Of a stretch of DNA of 64,000 nucleotides, positions 46,001 to 56,173 are shown piece after piece (positions within the stretch are counted from its first letter, which is position 1; each line of letters opens with the position of its first letter). The notes under the pieces were generated by a model. That model saw only the letters and a list, made by a program, of their open reading frames with translations, was not told the origin of the DNA and did not search any database. Source of the stretch: Octopus vulgaris (Eukaryota). The DNA is taken from the NCBI GenBank assembly GCA_951406725.2, contig OX597817.1, positions 162,564,001 through 162,628,000 of the forward strand, given 5' to 3'. A program made the translations under genes and the position numbers.

Positions 46001-49000
46001 TGAATGATATATAAAGGGTGTCCAAAAAGTCTCTGATGGGTTTCAGTTTTTAATAACTTCCTTAACTTTACAAATAAATGCATGAAATTTTGATACAATA
46101 CAAAGGACATAATGGAAATTTATATGCACAAGTCAAATTTTGCTTCCTAACAAATCAGTACTGCAATGATTGGACTCTCAATGGCACACTTTACACTGTA
46201 GATAGTACCGCCAAAATCTGACATTGGCAACACACAAGCTCTCCTACACCTAATCTATTGCCACCACAATGGCTTCTGCTCCTCTGAACTAGTTAGTTGT
46301 ATACTATGTCTATATAAACCCACATTCCTCTATTCAATCTATACTGTGTCGACCCCATCACATGCTACATCAATCCTTTTTCCAAACTTTCAGGCCATCA
46401 CATCAAACCATAGCACTGACTTATAGACTTTCAAAGTGAATATAAACCACACTGATCTTCCCCACAGGACATCTAAATGTCATAGACACTGCTGCACCCC
46501 ATGCAATAAAGCCTAAGCACCATAAACTAAAGTCGAGAGTATGCCACAGCTGAATTCATGTAGAAGCACACACAAAAATATCTTTCATTGGTTAGTGGTG
46601 TTGAGACTAATAAAACTACTTACCCTAATTTCTTAACTATATTGATATCGTTGAGGTCCACATTGTCTGCTACTGAGGGATCAATAACTTTCATCACAGC
46701 ATCCACAGCAATAGGGGCCAAAATGTTAGAGTACTGAGAAACAACCTAGAGAGAAAATAAAGTTAATGGAAAATATATTCAACAATCAACAAACTTTTCT
46801 TTATTTTCAGTCATTAATAAAATGTTGCACATGATAACTTTCTGTTACTAAGCTCCTTGTGACAGTACTTTGTTCTAAGACACAGACTTCTTTTTCAAAT
46901 TAATCTCAGTTAAAGATTTCATGTTAAATTATATACTAGACACCAGTTTGACTATAACAAAAATATTTTTACCAGATTTTTCCTGATTTCAAAATTAACT
47001 GAAACAAAGACAGTGTATTTCAACAAAAATTTGGTGATAAAAGGATCCAAATAATCATTTAATTCCAACTCCCTGCTTGATTCTCAAAAATCAATGGAAA
47101 AAAAAGGCTGAAAATTTCATTTAATATAATGAAATGTGTATAGGGCAAACAGGAAGTCTTTTGACAGGAAATTTCTTCATTTCTTCTATAGAAGATTACT
47201 TTTTGTTGTCAGCCAATAGTTGTGGTTAAGTGCAGTTCAAAACTTGGTGACTTGTTGTGACATATGGTGCAGGGCTTTTAAGAGTTAATATATTAGTGTT
47301 TCGAACAACAAATTTGTGTAAAATATCAATCTAAGCAAGGACATCAGAGGCATCAAATCTAGCCTCAATTCTACAACTGTCACACACACACACACTTTTC
47401 ATACTAATGAAGAATACTTCTGTAAAATTTAGCTTACTTTTGAATTCAAAGCTGTAGAAGCACTTTTCAATAAAGATTCACGATCAGATAATTCAAGTGG
47501 TCTAGAAATTTCCTGTAGGATATCCATACATTTGGCGGCAGCTCTTTGGAAAGATTCAGATATCTGTGTAGGATGAATACCTGATTTGGAAATAAATTTA
47601 CAGTGAGCAGCAGTTGCAACAAAAACAAAAGTATTTTATGAACTACAAAAATACTAAAAAGTTCTAGTGCAATTAATTAAGTAAGCCAGAAGATTTTAAT
47701 TAACGAAGACAACAATCTGAATATTAAATAAGGTCAGTGAGGTTAAAAAGCTTGCTTCCCAACCATGTGATCTTGAGAAAGCATCTACTATTGACGTAGG
47801 CTGACCAAAGCCTTCTGAGTAAGTTTGGTAGATAGAAACTGAAAGAAATCTGTTGCAGATGTGCACATGCGTGTACTCTTGTCTGGTCATCACAAGACGG
47901 TTCGAGATGAGCATCATCATCAAATGCACAAAGTTGTTCGCTTTCAGTCTTCCATGAAAAGCATCTGGTTATGGGGAAATATTACCTTGTCTGGAAACAG
48001 GCGAAGGTTGGTAACTAGAGAGGTATCCAGTTGCAGAAAATCTGCCTCAACAAACCCTGACCCATGCAAGCATGTCTAAGTGGACAGTAAAGGACGATGA
48101 CAAAGTGGGGAGTGAGTAATCTTTAGCAACAGAGCAACAACTTCAGTCTTACTGGACTCCATCTTGCATTAATGGTTTAACAAGGTTTCACTGATGAAGT
48201 TTAATAAGACCAAAATTTTCATAACTGTTATGGTATTGTTAAAGATCAGCCACACACTCTACAACATTCCATTTTGATAAAATTTTTGTTCTCACCACAG
48301 CTCTTTTTTAATTAGAATTATTCAAAGCTGTTTTCTATGCTCACTGGAGCATCATCTTAACCCTTTAGCAATTAGATTACTCAATCAAATGTAATGCTTA
48401 TTCATTCACATTGCTTTGAAGTAATCATGTATTACCTCATAGCTTTGAGATTTTGATGATGTGGCTGTTTACTTTTAAAATAACATTGTAGGGTAGGTGT
48501 GAGAGGTTTGATATGGCTGGCTTCAACTTAAAATTGGTAAAATATTTGGGCCAGATATGGCTGGTTTGAATGTTAAAGGGTTAAGGTTCCTTTTTCCATG
48601 CTCGTATGGGATGGACGGAATTTCGTTGAGGCAGATTTTCTACAGCAAGATGCCCATCATGTGGTCAACCCTCACTTGTTTCCAAGTAAGATGATATTCC
48701 TTAATACCTGATATGTTTTCATGGAAGATTGGAAACAAAGGACACCACTTGCATGGTAAAGACATTTGTTTCCAACTATCAGTGTCACGACAAGGAGGCA
48801 GTAGCACATACACCACACAGACATATATATAAAATGGTTTTCTTTCAGTTTTAGTCTACCAAATCCACCCACAAGCCTCTGGTCATCCTCAGGACCATAG
48901 TGGAAAACACTTGTCCAAGGTACCATGCAGGGGGATGAAACCCAGAACCATATGGTTGGGAAGCAAACTTCTTACCGTACAGCCATGTCAGTGTCCTGCT

Positions 49001-52000
49001 GACATGCTGTTAATGATTAGAGACTAAATAAAATATACAAGTACCTTTCTTAAGTAATTTAGCTGTAGCATCGAGCAAACTTCCAGCAAGAACCACAACG
49101 GTTGTGGTGCCATCGCCAGCTTCTACATCTTGGGCTTTAGACAGTTCTACAAGCTACAATGGAAGATGAAAACGACTTAGAACATATGAATCATTAAACA
49201 CATTCAATTTCATTTTGAAGAAATTTAAGTAAAAGCCAAAGAGAGGGCAATATTATTATTTTAGATTTTCTTGGGACGAGTCATCAACTATTAAGTATCA
49301 GAACCACAGCCTTTCTGACTGAGACATAACAATTTATAAAATTCTTATCTTTTAGCAGAGAATTTCTTTCTCAGATACCAATTATGCTTACATTTGTGTA
49401 GTTGAAAGACAGAATTCTTGTACGAGTTAGAAAACTAAAAACCAGAAATGAATGTTTGAATATCATGGAGCTTACCATTCTTGCAGCAGGATGAAGAACT
49501 TGCATTTGCTTTAAGATAGTAGCCCCATCATTAGTGATAGTGACATCGCCATTACTAGCTTGGATCTGAAATATTTATGAAATGCAAAGTAATGATCAGT
49601 ACAAACAAAACAAAACAAAACAATAAATTTTATAAGGTACTCAAGTCAAAGTTATAGCAATGAAAAGAGACGAGCTATTATACAGAAGCATTTATGGATA
49701 ACATTTTAGCAAAGAGAACAAACTATTATATACAAAATGTTGTTATAGAAAAAAGTAATCCAATTGCTCAATATCAAGTTGATAATTATGCAAATAAAAC
49801 AAATAGTTTATACTTGCACAGTTGTATTTACTGTTGTTTTAATCTTCCTGATATTGTTTTTATTAACAGAGTAAGTTTGATTACAGGCTAGCCCATTTAG
49901 AGCAGAACTATGTTCTGAGGCATTCCAACTGTGACCATTCCATTCTTTGGTCTGACACTGTATAACTAGAACTGCATTATCAACATTTTGTTTTAGCTTT
50001 GAAAATGATGGAATTTGAAGAAAAACTTGACTTATTTTTAGCAGGATGAACTACCCCATGGAAGCTCCCAAGATACCTTGTATAACATGCTACTGCAAAA
50101 TTAGGGACTTTTTTTTTTCATCTTCATCAAAATGAGATACTTTGAAGGTAACAGTCTCTTCTGCTAATGAGTTTTCAGATGTACTTTCAAAATGGAAAAA
50201 TACTAATAATTATCACAAAACTGTGCTAATTGTGGACATAAAAGACAATATGATGCAGTTGACTCAGGATAAACAGTCAATGTTTTGAGTCCATCAATGG
50301 AAAATAAGTTTAATGAATTTAGTAAAAGGATTCATTAATCACTCCTCCATTTACTCAAAGGAATATAAGCTTGGCACTGCAAAAATCAATGAACCACTGT
50401 ACTCAGACACGAACTTTTCCATCATTCTACTTTCTCTGGCTGTCTGGACTATACAAATGTACTTTTCTCAGAGAAACAACAAAATACCAATGACAAATAT
50501 TGCCAGTATGCAACTGAAATCAACTGTTTACTGTCAACAGGAAATTAGACATAATTTTTCTTTTGAATATGTGTATTAAGTGAACCTACATTGCTTTTCA
50601 CATGGACTAATTTTGACTGAATAATACAACTTTTGACAGGTAAGAAATGAATTTAAGTACTTTAGCAACATACCATTTTATCCATGCCACGAGGGCCCAG
50701 ACTGGTTCTAATGGCATCAACAACAGCTGTAAAATTAAAAGAGAAGTTCAAGTTAAAATTCACATCAATTAAAGGGTTATTTTAAAAGACACACTCCAAA
50801 TGCAAGTGAGAAGTAGTCTCCATGAGCCATGTACTTGTATAGGATCAAGGTGAAGAGATACTCCAGCTACCTCAATAATGGATAATCCTTGTGGTCAGCC
50901 TCTTAGTCTGGTCTTGTGCATGCCCCGCCCCTTTCTGCTTCATGGAGACAACCTTTATTTTGAGGAGTCATTGATTGCTTCTGAGTAGAAGGATTACGAA
51001 GGTAGCAGGAGTATCTCCTCACACTGATTCCATGCAAAGATGTGACTGATGGAGACAACTACTCACATGTACCGTAAATCCTCGAGTATAATCCGAATTT
51101 TTCCCCCAAAATTTAAAGGTCAAAATCCCTAGTGCGTACTATATACGAGGTTAAAAATGAAAAATATTTTCTAAGCAATGTCCGAGTCTCTATTTGCTGT
51201 CTGGCAATGTTTATTCAGACGCATTTTGTGATGTCGGACGCGAAAATACCTTAAGCTAAGCCTGAAAGCAATGAAGTCGTAAAAGAATCATCCATAACTT
51301 GCAGTAAGCAACATTTATTAAAATAAAAGTATTCAGAACACAGAATAACATGTAACAAAAACAATTTACAAACATATTTACATTCCCATATAACAGTTAA
51401 GAACATCACCATTATTGTATTACGCATGCGCGGAAGTGTTTGTTTGACTAGGTGCTGCTAGCTTAACTACGCATGACTCAAGTTAGAGAAGGGGTGCGTA
51501 TTATACACAAGGTTTAGGTTTTTCAGAGGTACAGGCCCCTAAAAATCCCCTGCATATTACACAAGGGTGGACTATACTCGAGGATTTACGGTATATTCCA
51601 TTTTTGGCATGTATTTGTGACTAGATGTCCATCCCACCACCAATCACTTGACCAGCATCATGCTAACCATTATATGAAATAATTCTGGCTTAAGCCTAGA
51701 TATGTTTTAAAACTGAATATAGTTGCTGTTATTGACTCTAAGATCATCAATTTATGACTGCTTTATCTATGCAAACATTGGTTGAATAACAATTTCTGAT
51801 GACAATCCTTCATCAATTATACACAACAGCAGAGAAAACTTTCAATGCTTCTTGCAGACATAATTTTTATATCCGAATCGTAGCCGATGCCAGCACCGCC
51901 TCGACTGGCTTCCGTGTCGGTGGCACGTAAAAAGCACCATCCGAATCGTGGCCGAAGCCAGTGCCACCTCGACTGGCTTCCGTGCCAGTGGCACGTAAAA

Positions 52001-54106
52001 TGCACCAATCCGACCGTGGCCGATGCCAGCCTCGCCTGGCACCAATGCAGGTGGCACGTAAAAAGCACCCACTACACTCACGGAGTGGTTGGCGTTAGAA
52101 AGGGCATCCAGCTGTAGAAACATTGCCAGATAAGACCGGAGCCTGGTGCAGCCTTCTGGCTTCCCGGATCCCCGGTCGAACCATCCAACCCATGCTAGCA
52201 TGGAGAACAGACGTTAAACGATGATGATGATGTTTCTACAATTAAACTTCCTAGTGCCACCCACCCACTTTACAACACAGGCTAAAGAGCTCCATCAGTG
52301 TTATTACTTTCTTAGATGGGCTATCTTCACTATAGTTTATGGAGTTCATACTTCCTCCACTTTTTTCTCAGTATGTTTTTTTCCTTTTAAGGACTCTTTT
52401 CTATTCCCAACACCTTTAAATCAAGAACTTCACTGCAGTCGACAGAGTCAATATTTCCTCAGTGAACTAAATTGAGTCACATCTCTTGAAAATAAAGACT
52501 GTTGTTTCCTTGATACAGAGAGAAAGAGAGAGAGGGACGTGCACATGAGGATTATCCCCGTTATGAAAGTATCAAGAGTATCTCTTCACTGATTTCTTCT
52601 ATCTGATAAATTCATCATCATAAGCCCATTTTCCATACTCACATGAAATAGGCAGGTAATTCTTATTCAGAGTTATTGATCTCCTAGATGGATTGGAGGA
52701 TGATATCTAGCTTGGATATTTAATTTTTGGCTGGGTTGCTATGGCTAGATTCCCAAGTATATAGGATGTATCTTATTGTGGAACCAGTACTAGAGATAGT
52801 ATCATGTCCTTGATGTGACTAAGGAACTAAGGAGTCCTCTTGGCCACAGACTATCTGCTTGTTTGCCAACCACTTTACAAAGCATACTATATTTTATCTT
52901 GGCACCAGTATGAACAACTTGTCTTGTACTCCATAAAGTCAACAATTTTCGCTATTCTGTGTTCATATGCTCGTGGTAAGCAGACTGAGAAGAGAGACAG
53001 AGAATAACAGAAGGAGCAGGAACAAGAGTATGATTGTTGAATAAAGTGAGGGATAGCAACAGAAGCAATAAGTGGTCTAGGGAAATGAGAGTGATGGAAG
53101 TACTGGAAAGGTGATGACAGAGTGTACTGAATACAAATGGATCTATGCTTTGTACATATTTGGACAATTATGTAGAGACAGGCAGTGAAGCCTCAAGCTA
53201 CCATCTAACTTCAAAAAATACAGGTAGGTTTTTTTTTTTTTCACCAACTCTGCAATATTTCCATGTTCCATAACCATACTTCACTACAACCAGTTTTCCC
53301 TTTGTTGCCAATAGATATAAGTTTCCTGAATGTTCTATTACTTTTGCTCTAGCTACAATACTTTCATTGCAATCTTTTGCCAGGTAGAAAATAGAGGCCA
53401 GTGAGGGAGCTTTTAGTACATCTGCTTGAAACAGTAACCAAATCTCCCTCAAATTATATCCTGTTTACAAAAAAGAAAGACACCTGAAACAATGTAGGTC
53501 TTTGGTAGCGGAAACATAATAGCTTCAGTAACTAGGCCTGCTCATCGAGAAGACACAAGAGCCGTTCACAGACATCATTTTATAGATAATTTTATTATCA
53601 ATATTAATAGCTTTTACATAACATTATGTTCCTTAAGAACAAACCAACACATTTAGATTTTGAAGACAGAGCCTAAGAAAAAAGAGGGGGGAGTAGCTGG
53701 TATATAATTCGCAATAATTTCTTCAGATCTCTAAGAATGTTTGCATATATCGACGACTACCATCTACGGAAGGAAAGAGTGGAGGTACCAATGAAAAACT
53801 GCACTTCTCCGATAAAATTCTTCAGATGTTCTAACTAAAGGTATTTCGTAGAGGGGAGGGGGAGATAAGAAACGTTAGCTTGTAAAGGGTTCAAACAATT
53901 TGAAATCACGCGTAAGGGCCAAATCTCAGACAAGTTTTAGTAGCGCAAAGTGTGACTGAGTAATTAAGTTCACTTCGTAACCACGTGGTTATGAGCTCGA
54001 TCCCAGTGCGTGACACTTTGGGACATGGCTTCTATCATAACTTAGGGCTGATTGATACCTTGAGGGCGGAATGCAGTATACTACGAAGCCTATCGTGTGT
54101 GCGTGC

Positions 54107-54181
<75 letters not shown>

Positions 54182-55758
54182 ATTAATCGTTTGTAGAGGA
54201 TATAAAAATCAAGGAAAAAACCGAAAAGCCTGTGCCTTATGAAAATCCCTCGAGACACTTGTTCAGCACCAAGTTACAGATACTCCCTTGTCACTTTCGC
54301 TGTCATTAATGGTACACTTGATACCTGTAATCAACACCGTTACTGTTAAAATAAGGAAAGTTAAATATTCCCTACCCTAGACTAGCACATTAGTTGTGAG
54401 TCACTCGTAAAAACGGACTACTACCATTATATTTCTGACAGCGAAGTTGATTGAATAGACATATCTTAAGGGATATGCTAACAAGAAGTAGTGATAGAAC
54501 AAAGCATGAAGACAAGAGAAGTAGTGACAGAATAAAGCATGAAGACAAGAGAAGTAGTGACAATAAAAGCCAGAAGACAAGACCTACTCGTCTACCTAAT
54601 TAAAAAAAAGAAGTTTTATTTGGAATAAATATCCGCTGCACACAAAAAATAAAATAGATTAAAGCTATTGGCATTAATTACTGTTTAGTTATAAATTTTT
54701 ACATTTCTGACAGAACGAAATAAATTAAATCTGCATGTGGCTCACGGGATGAAATATGAAATAAAATTATGAGTGCGGGCACATGGTGATCTAGTTTAGT
54801 AGTCACTACGGTTCGCATAAATTAGCGAAGCATTACTTCATCTTTATGTGACTAACAAACATCACCGAATCTCCTAAACGTCTTCAATTTTTGACTAGAA
54901 TCAAACCTTAGACCAAATGAGTAAATGTTTACATTAAAAATATATATTTGTCAAGAGATTCCACATAAACCGCCGCAAGATTGATCGTAGTGTGTAACGG
55001 TGGAAAGGATGGAACAGCGTAACGTAGAATGACAATGGTTTATGTCCTTGTTTAGCATGAGTTGGTTAAATATACGAGCTATTTAAATTGCAGAACATTA
55101 GGCGATCTTTCGTCTCTAGTAGACCTTTCCGTCGATTTCCGTAAAAATTTTTTTTTTTTTACATATGGGCTTGCGGGAACTTTTGAAGTAATATACATAC
55201 ATATACACATACACCGAGTAAAAAATTTCAGTTATCTCTGTCTCTTCACACACACTAAGAGAAGCACTTCACTTACACAACATACTGTCTGTCTCTCATA
55301 CCCCATCAAACACACACACACACACATGTACATCAATGCTTCCCCTGGACGGTAACTTCAAAAGAACTTCCCTCGTCATGCAATCGCTTTTCTCTTAGTC
55401 TCTTTCGCTCTCATTATACTTCAAAAGTTCCCGCAAGCCCACATGTAAAAAAAAATATATTTTTTTACGGAAATCGACGGAAAGGTCTAACATTAATGGG
55501 ATAACATATTTGTTTTTCCCAAAATGACTGACAAAATCCAGATATATATAACCAAACAACGAACGATTCCTTGTGGGTTTGTTAAAGGAGGAAGCCATTA
55601 TGATGAAGCACGTTTTCTTCCTCGACGAAAACGGAGCAACAGAAAATTTTAGATTTACCTTTCGCTGCATTAATATTACTGAAGCGTATCTGTGTCGGTT
55701 TATCGCGATCTTCATATTCCGACTTTTTACCCTTCTTTGCTTCAACAGGTTCAGGCAT
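33084..55758 (-). CDS. CCT4: T-complex protein 1 subunit delta (CCT4), complete 14-exon gene, about 531 aa
   Basis: Exons (minus strand, all GT-AG, phases consistent): 55659-55758, 50674-50726, 49476-49565, 49045-49153, 47438-47580, 46624-46745, 45081-45216, 44851-44990, 43251-43347, 41953-42060, 40202-40332, 35761-35995, 35527-35640, 33084-33101; total 1596 nt. Translation [53 protein letters not shown]...TNDGATILK...[10 protein letters not shown]...[35 protein letters not shown]...GGGAPEI...IMKIDDV matches CCT-delta. Confidence 0.97.
33280..33498. repeat. About 78-bp inverted repeat (fold-back) in CCT4 intron 13
   Basis: TGAAAGTCTGAGTTCCTACAAGAACTATAGCTTT...AGAAATAATT mirrored at 33422-33498. 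Confidence 0.9.
35527..35640 (-). CDS. CCT4: CCT4 exon 13 ([38 protein letters not shown])
   Basis: Within ORF 35500..35697; donor GTAAGT. Confidence 0.95.
35761..35995 (-). CDS. CCT4: CCT4 exon 12 ([17 protein letters not shown]...[33 protein letters not shown])
   Basis: Within ORF 35728..36084; GGGAPE and LAENAG motifs. Confidence 0.96.
36105..36410 (-). mobile_element. tRNA-derived SINE family C
   Basis: Reverse of the GGCAATGGCCCAGTGGTTAGGGCA...GGTTTCGATTCC head also seen at 15508-15670(+). Confidence 0.8.
37836..38369. mobile_element. Two tandem piggyBac-type MITEs sharing a central TTAA
   Basis: TTAA|(T/C)CCTTTCATTAC...AACGAAAGGG|TTAA|CCCTTTCATTAC...AACGAAAGGG|TTAA. Confidence 0.85.
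38686..39509 (+). mobile_element. Non-autonomous mariner derivative with long inverted ends
   Basis: TA-flanked CAAGGTCTGATCAATAAGTATCC...GGATACTTACTGATCAAACCATG; internal transposase N-terminal relics ([28 protein letters not shown]). Confidence 0.85.
39688..40080 (-). mobile_element. Non-autonomous Helitron-like element
   Basis: Minus strand TCTCTATATATA...CCCAAGCAACGCCGGG hairpin...CTAG. Confidence 0.78.
40202..40332 (-). CDS. CCT4: CCT4 exon 11 ([43 protein letters not shown])
   Basis: RSIHDALCV motif, canonical splice sites. Confidence 0.96.
41078..41539. mobile_element. Palindromic tRNA-headed, hammerhead-containing retroelement with 12-bp TSD (CCT4 intron 10)
   Basis: About 210-bp inverted arms; A box TGGCATAGTGG; B box GAGTTCAATTCC (intact in the left arm); GACAC-CTGATGA-A-GGCTG..CAGCC-GAAAC; TSD AATTATGTGGTT at 41066-41077 and 41540-41551. 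Confidence 0.8.
41953..42060 (-). CDS. CCT4: CCT4 exon 10 ([36 protein letters not shown])
   Basis: Translation similarity, canonical splice sites. Confidence 0.94.
43251..43347 (-). CDS. CCT4: CCT4 exon 9 ([32 protein letters not shown])
   Basis: Translation similarity, canonical splice sites. Confidence 0.95.
43720..44343 (+). mobile_element. RTE-type LINE 3' end / derived repeat with (GAT)n tail and hairpin arrays
   Basis: ORF end [12 protein letters not shown] followed by a UTR with repeated GTGCCnnTGGCAC units and CATGCTAGCATGG...(GAT)n; shorter copies at ~1885-2380(-), 5885-6125(-), 7194-7380(-), 14200-14531, 26525-26810(-), 45272-45577, 51880-52231, 61265-61510. Confidence 0.75.
44851..44990 (-). 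CDS. CCT4: CCT4 exon 8 ([47 protein letters not shown])
   Basis: ORF 44802..44990; 90-bp intron to exon 7. Confidence 0.96.
45081..45216 (-). CDS. CCT4: CCT4 exon 7 ([45 protein letters not shown])
   Basis: Contained in ORF 45018..45236; canonical splice sites. Confidence 0.95.
46624..46745 (-). CDS. CCT4: CCT4 exon 6 ([41 protein letters not shown])
   Basis: Translation similarity, AG/GTAAGT boundaries. Confidence 0.95.
47438..47580 (-). CDS. CCT4: CCT4 exon 5 ([48 protein letters not shown])
   Basis: Translation similarity to CCT4, AG/GTAAG boundaries. Confidence 0.95.
48361..48580. mobile_element. piggyBac-type MITE
   Basis: TTAA|CCCTTTAGCA...TGTTAAAGGG|TTAA. Confidence 0.8.
49045..49153 (-). 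CDS. CCT4: CCT4 exon 4 ([36 protein letters not shown])
   Basis: GDGTT ATP-binding motif, canonical splice sites. Confidence 0.96.
49476..49565 (-). CDS. CCT4: CCT4 exon 3 ([30 protein letters not shown])
   Basis: TNDGATIL signature, canonical splice sites. Confidence 0.96.
50674..50726 (-). CDS. CCT4: CCT4 exon 2 ([18 protein letters not shown])
   Basis: ttttacag acceptor, GTATGT donor, chaperonin signature RTSLGPxGMDKM. Confidence 0.96.
50805..51066. mobile_element. Old MITE with degenerate inverted ends
   Basis: GTGAG..GTAGTCTCCAT...GAGATACTCCAGCTACCT mirrored by AGGTAGCAGGAGTATCTC...ATGGAGACAAC..CTCAC. Confidence 0.55.
51072..51591. mobile_element. Tc2/pogo-type MITE in CCT4 intron 1
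   Basis: Perfect TIRs CCGTAAATCCTCGAGTATA / TATACTCGAGGATTTACGG with TA TSD. Confidence 0.9.
54485..54581. repeat. Minisatellite, about 33-bp unit x3
   Basis: GAAGTAGTGAYAGAAYAAAGCATGAAGACAAGA repeated. Confidence 0.9.
55120..55489. mobile_element. MITE with about 70-bp TIRs in CCT4 intron 1
   Basis: TAGACCTTTCCGTCGATTTCCGTAAAAA...GGGCTTGCGGGAACTTTTGAAGTA is mirrored at 55417-55489. Confidence 0.85.
55659..55758 (-). CDS. CCT4: CCT4 exon 1 ([33 protein letters not shown])
   Basis: ATG at 55758-55756, donor AAG|GTAAAT; DRDKPxQIRFSNI is the CCT4 N-terminal motif. Confidence 0.93.
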
Positions 55759-56127
55759 TTTGATGGAGTTCTTTTTTCGTCCTTAATTAGCCAATATAGA
55801 CCGGTTTTAGCAGAAGCCGCTGAAGCTTCTAGATGAATCACAATTATCGCTCTTGAATCTCACTCCCTCGCCCCACCATTCCCACTTCTTCAAATCTCGA
55901 TGCTCTGAGATGACGGTTAATTATTTTATTTGATATTTCTTTATATACATATTATATACACATACAAATAAAAGATAATACATTTCATTCAACAATATGA
56001 TAAAGTTTAATAAAAATAACCCGTCGTTAATATCTTTCTCGAAAATTTGTGACGTCACTGCGCGCCGGGTTACTGGCGGTAAAATTCAGGTGTTTAATTC
56101 ATGTTTAGTTGCGCGAGAAGATTCATT
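55759..56127. promoter_or_regulatory. Bidirectional promoter shared by CCT4 and DTL
   Basis: 369 bp between divergent ATGs; local CpG enrichment; perfect CRE GTGACGTCAC at 56049-56058; GCGCGCC and TGGCGGTAAAA (E2F-like) within 56060-56083. Confidence 0.75.
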
Positions 56128-56173
56128 ATGTTTTATTCTCTTGCAAATATTAATCTTGGATGGAGAAAGTCTA
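56128..56173 (+). CDS. DTL: DTL exon 1 (MFYSLANINLGWRKS)
   Basis: ATG next to the CpG-rich promoter; donor A|GTAAGT; phase fits exon 2. Confidence 0.75.

Noticed and set aside
55395-55841. 148-aa minus-strand ORF over the CCT4 5' end
   Set aside because: Wrong frame relative to CCT4 exon 1 and runs into a MITE.
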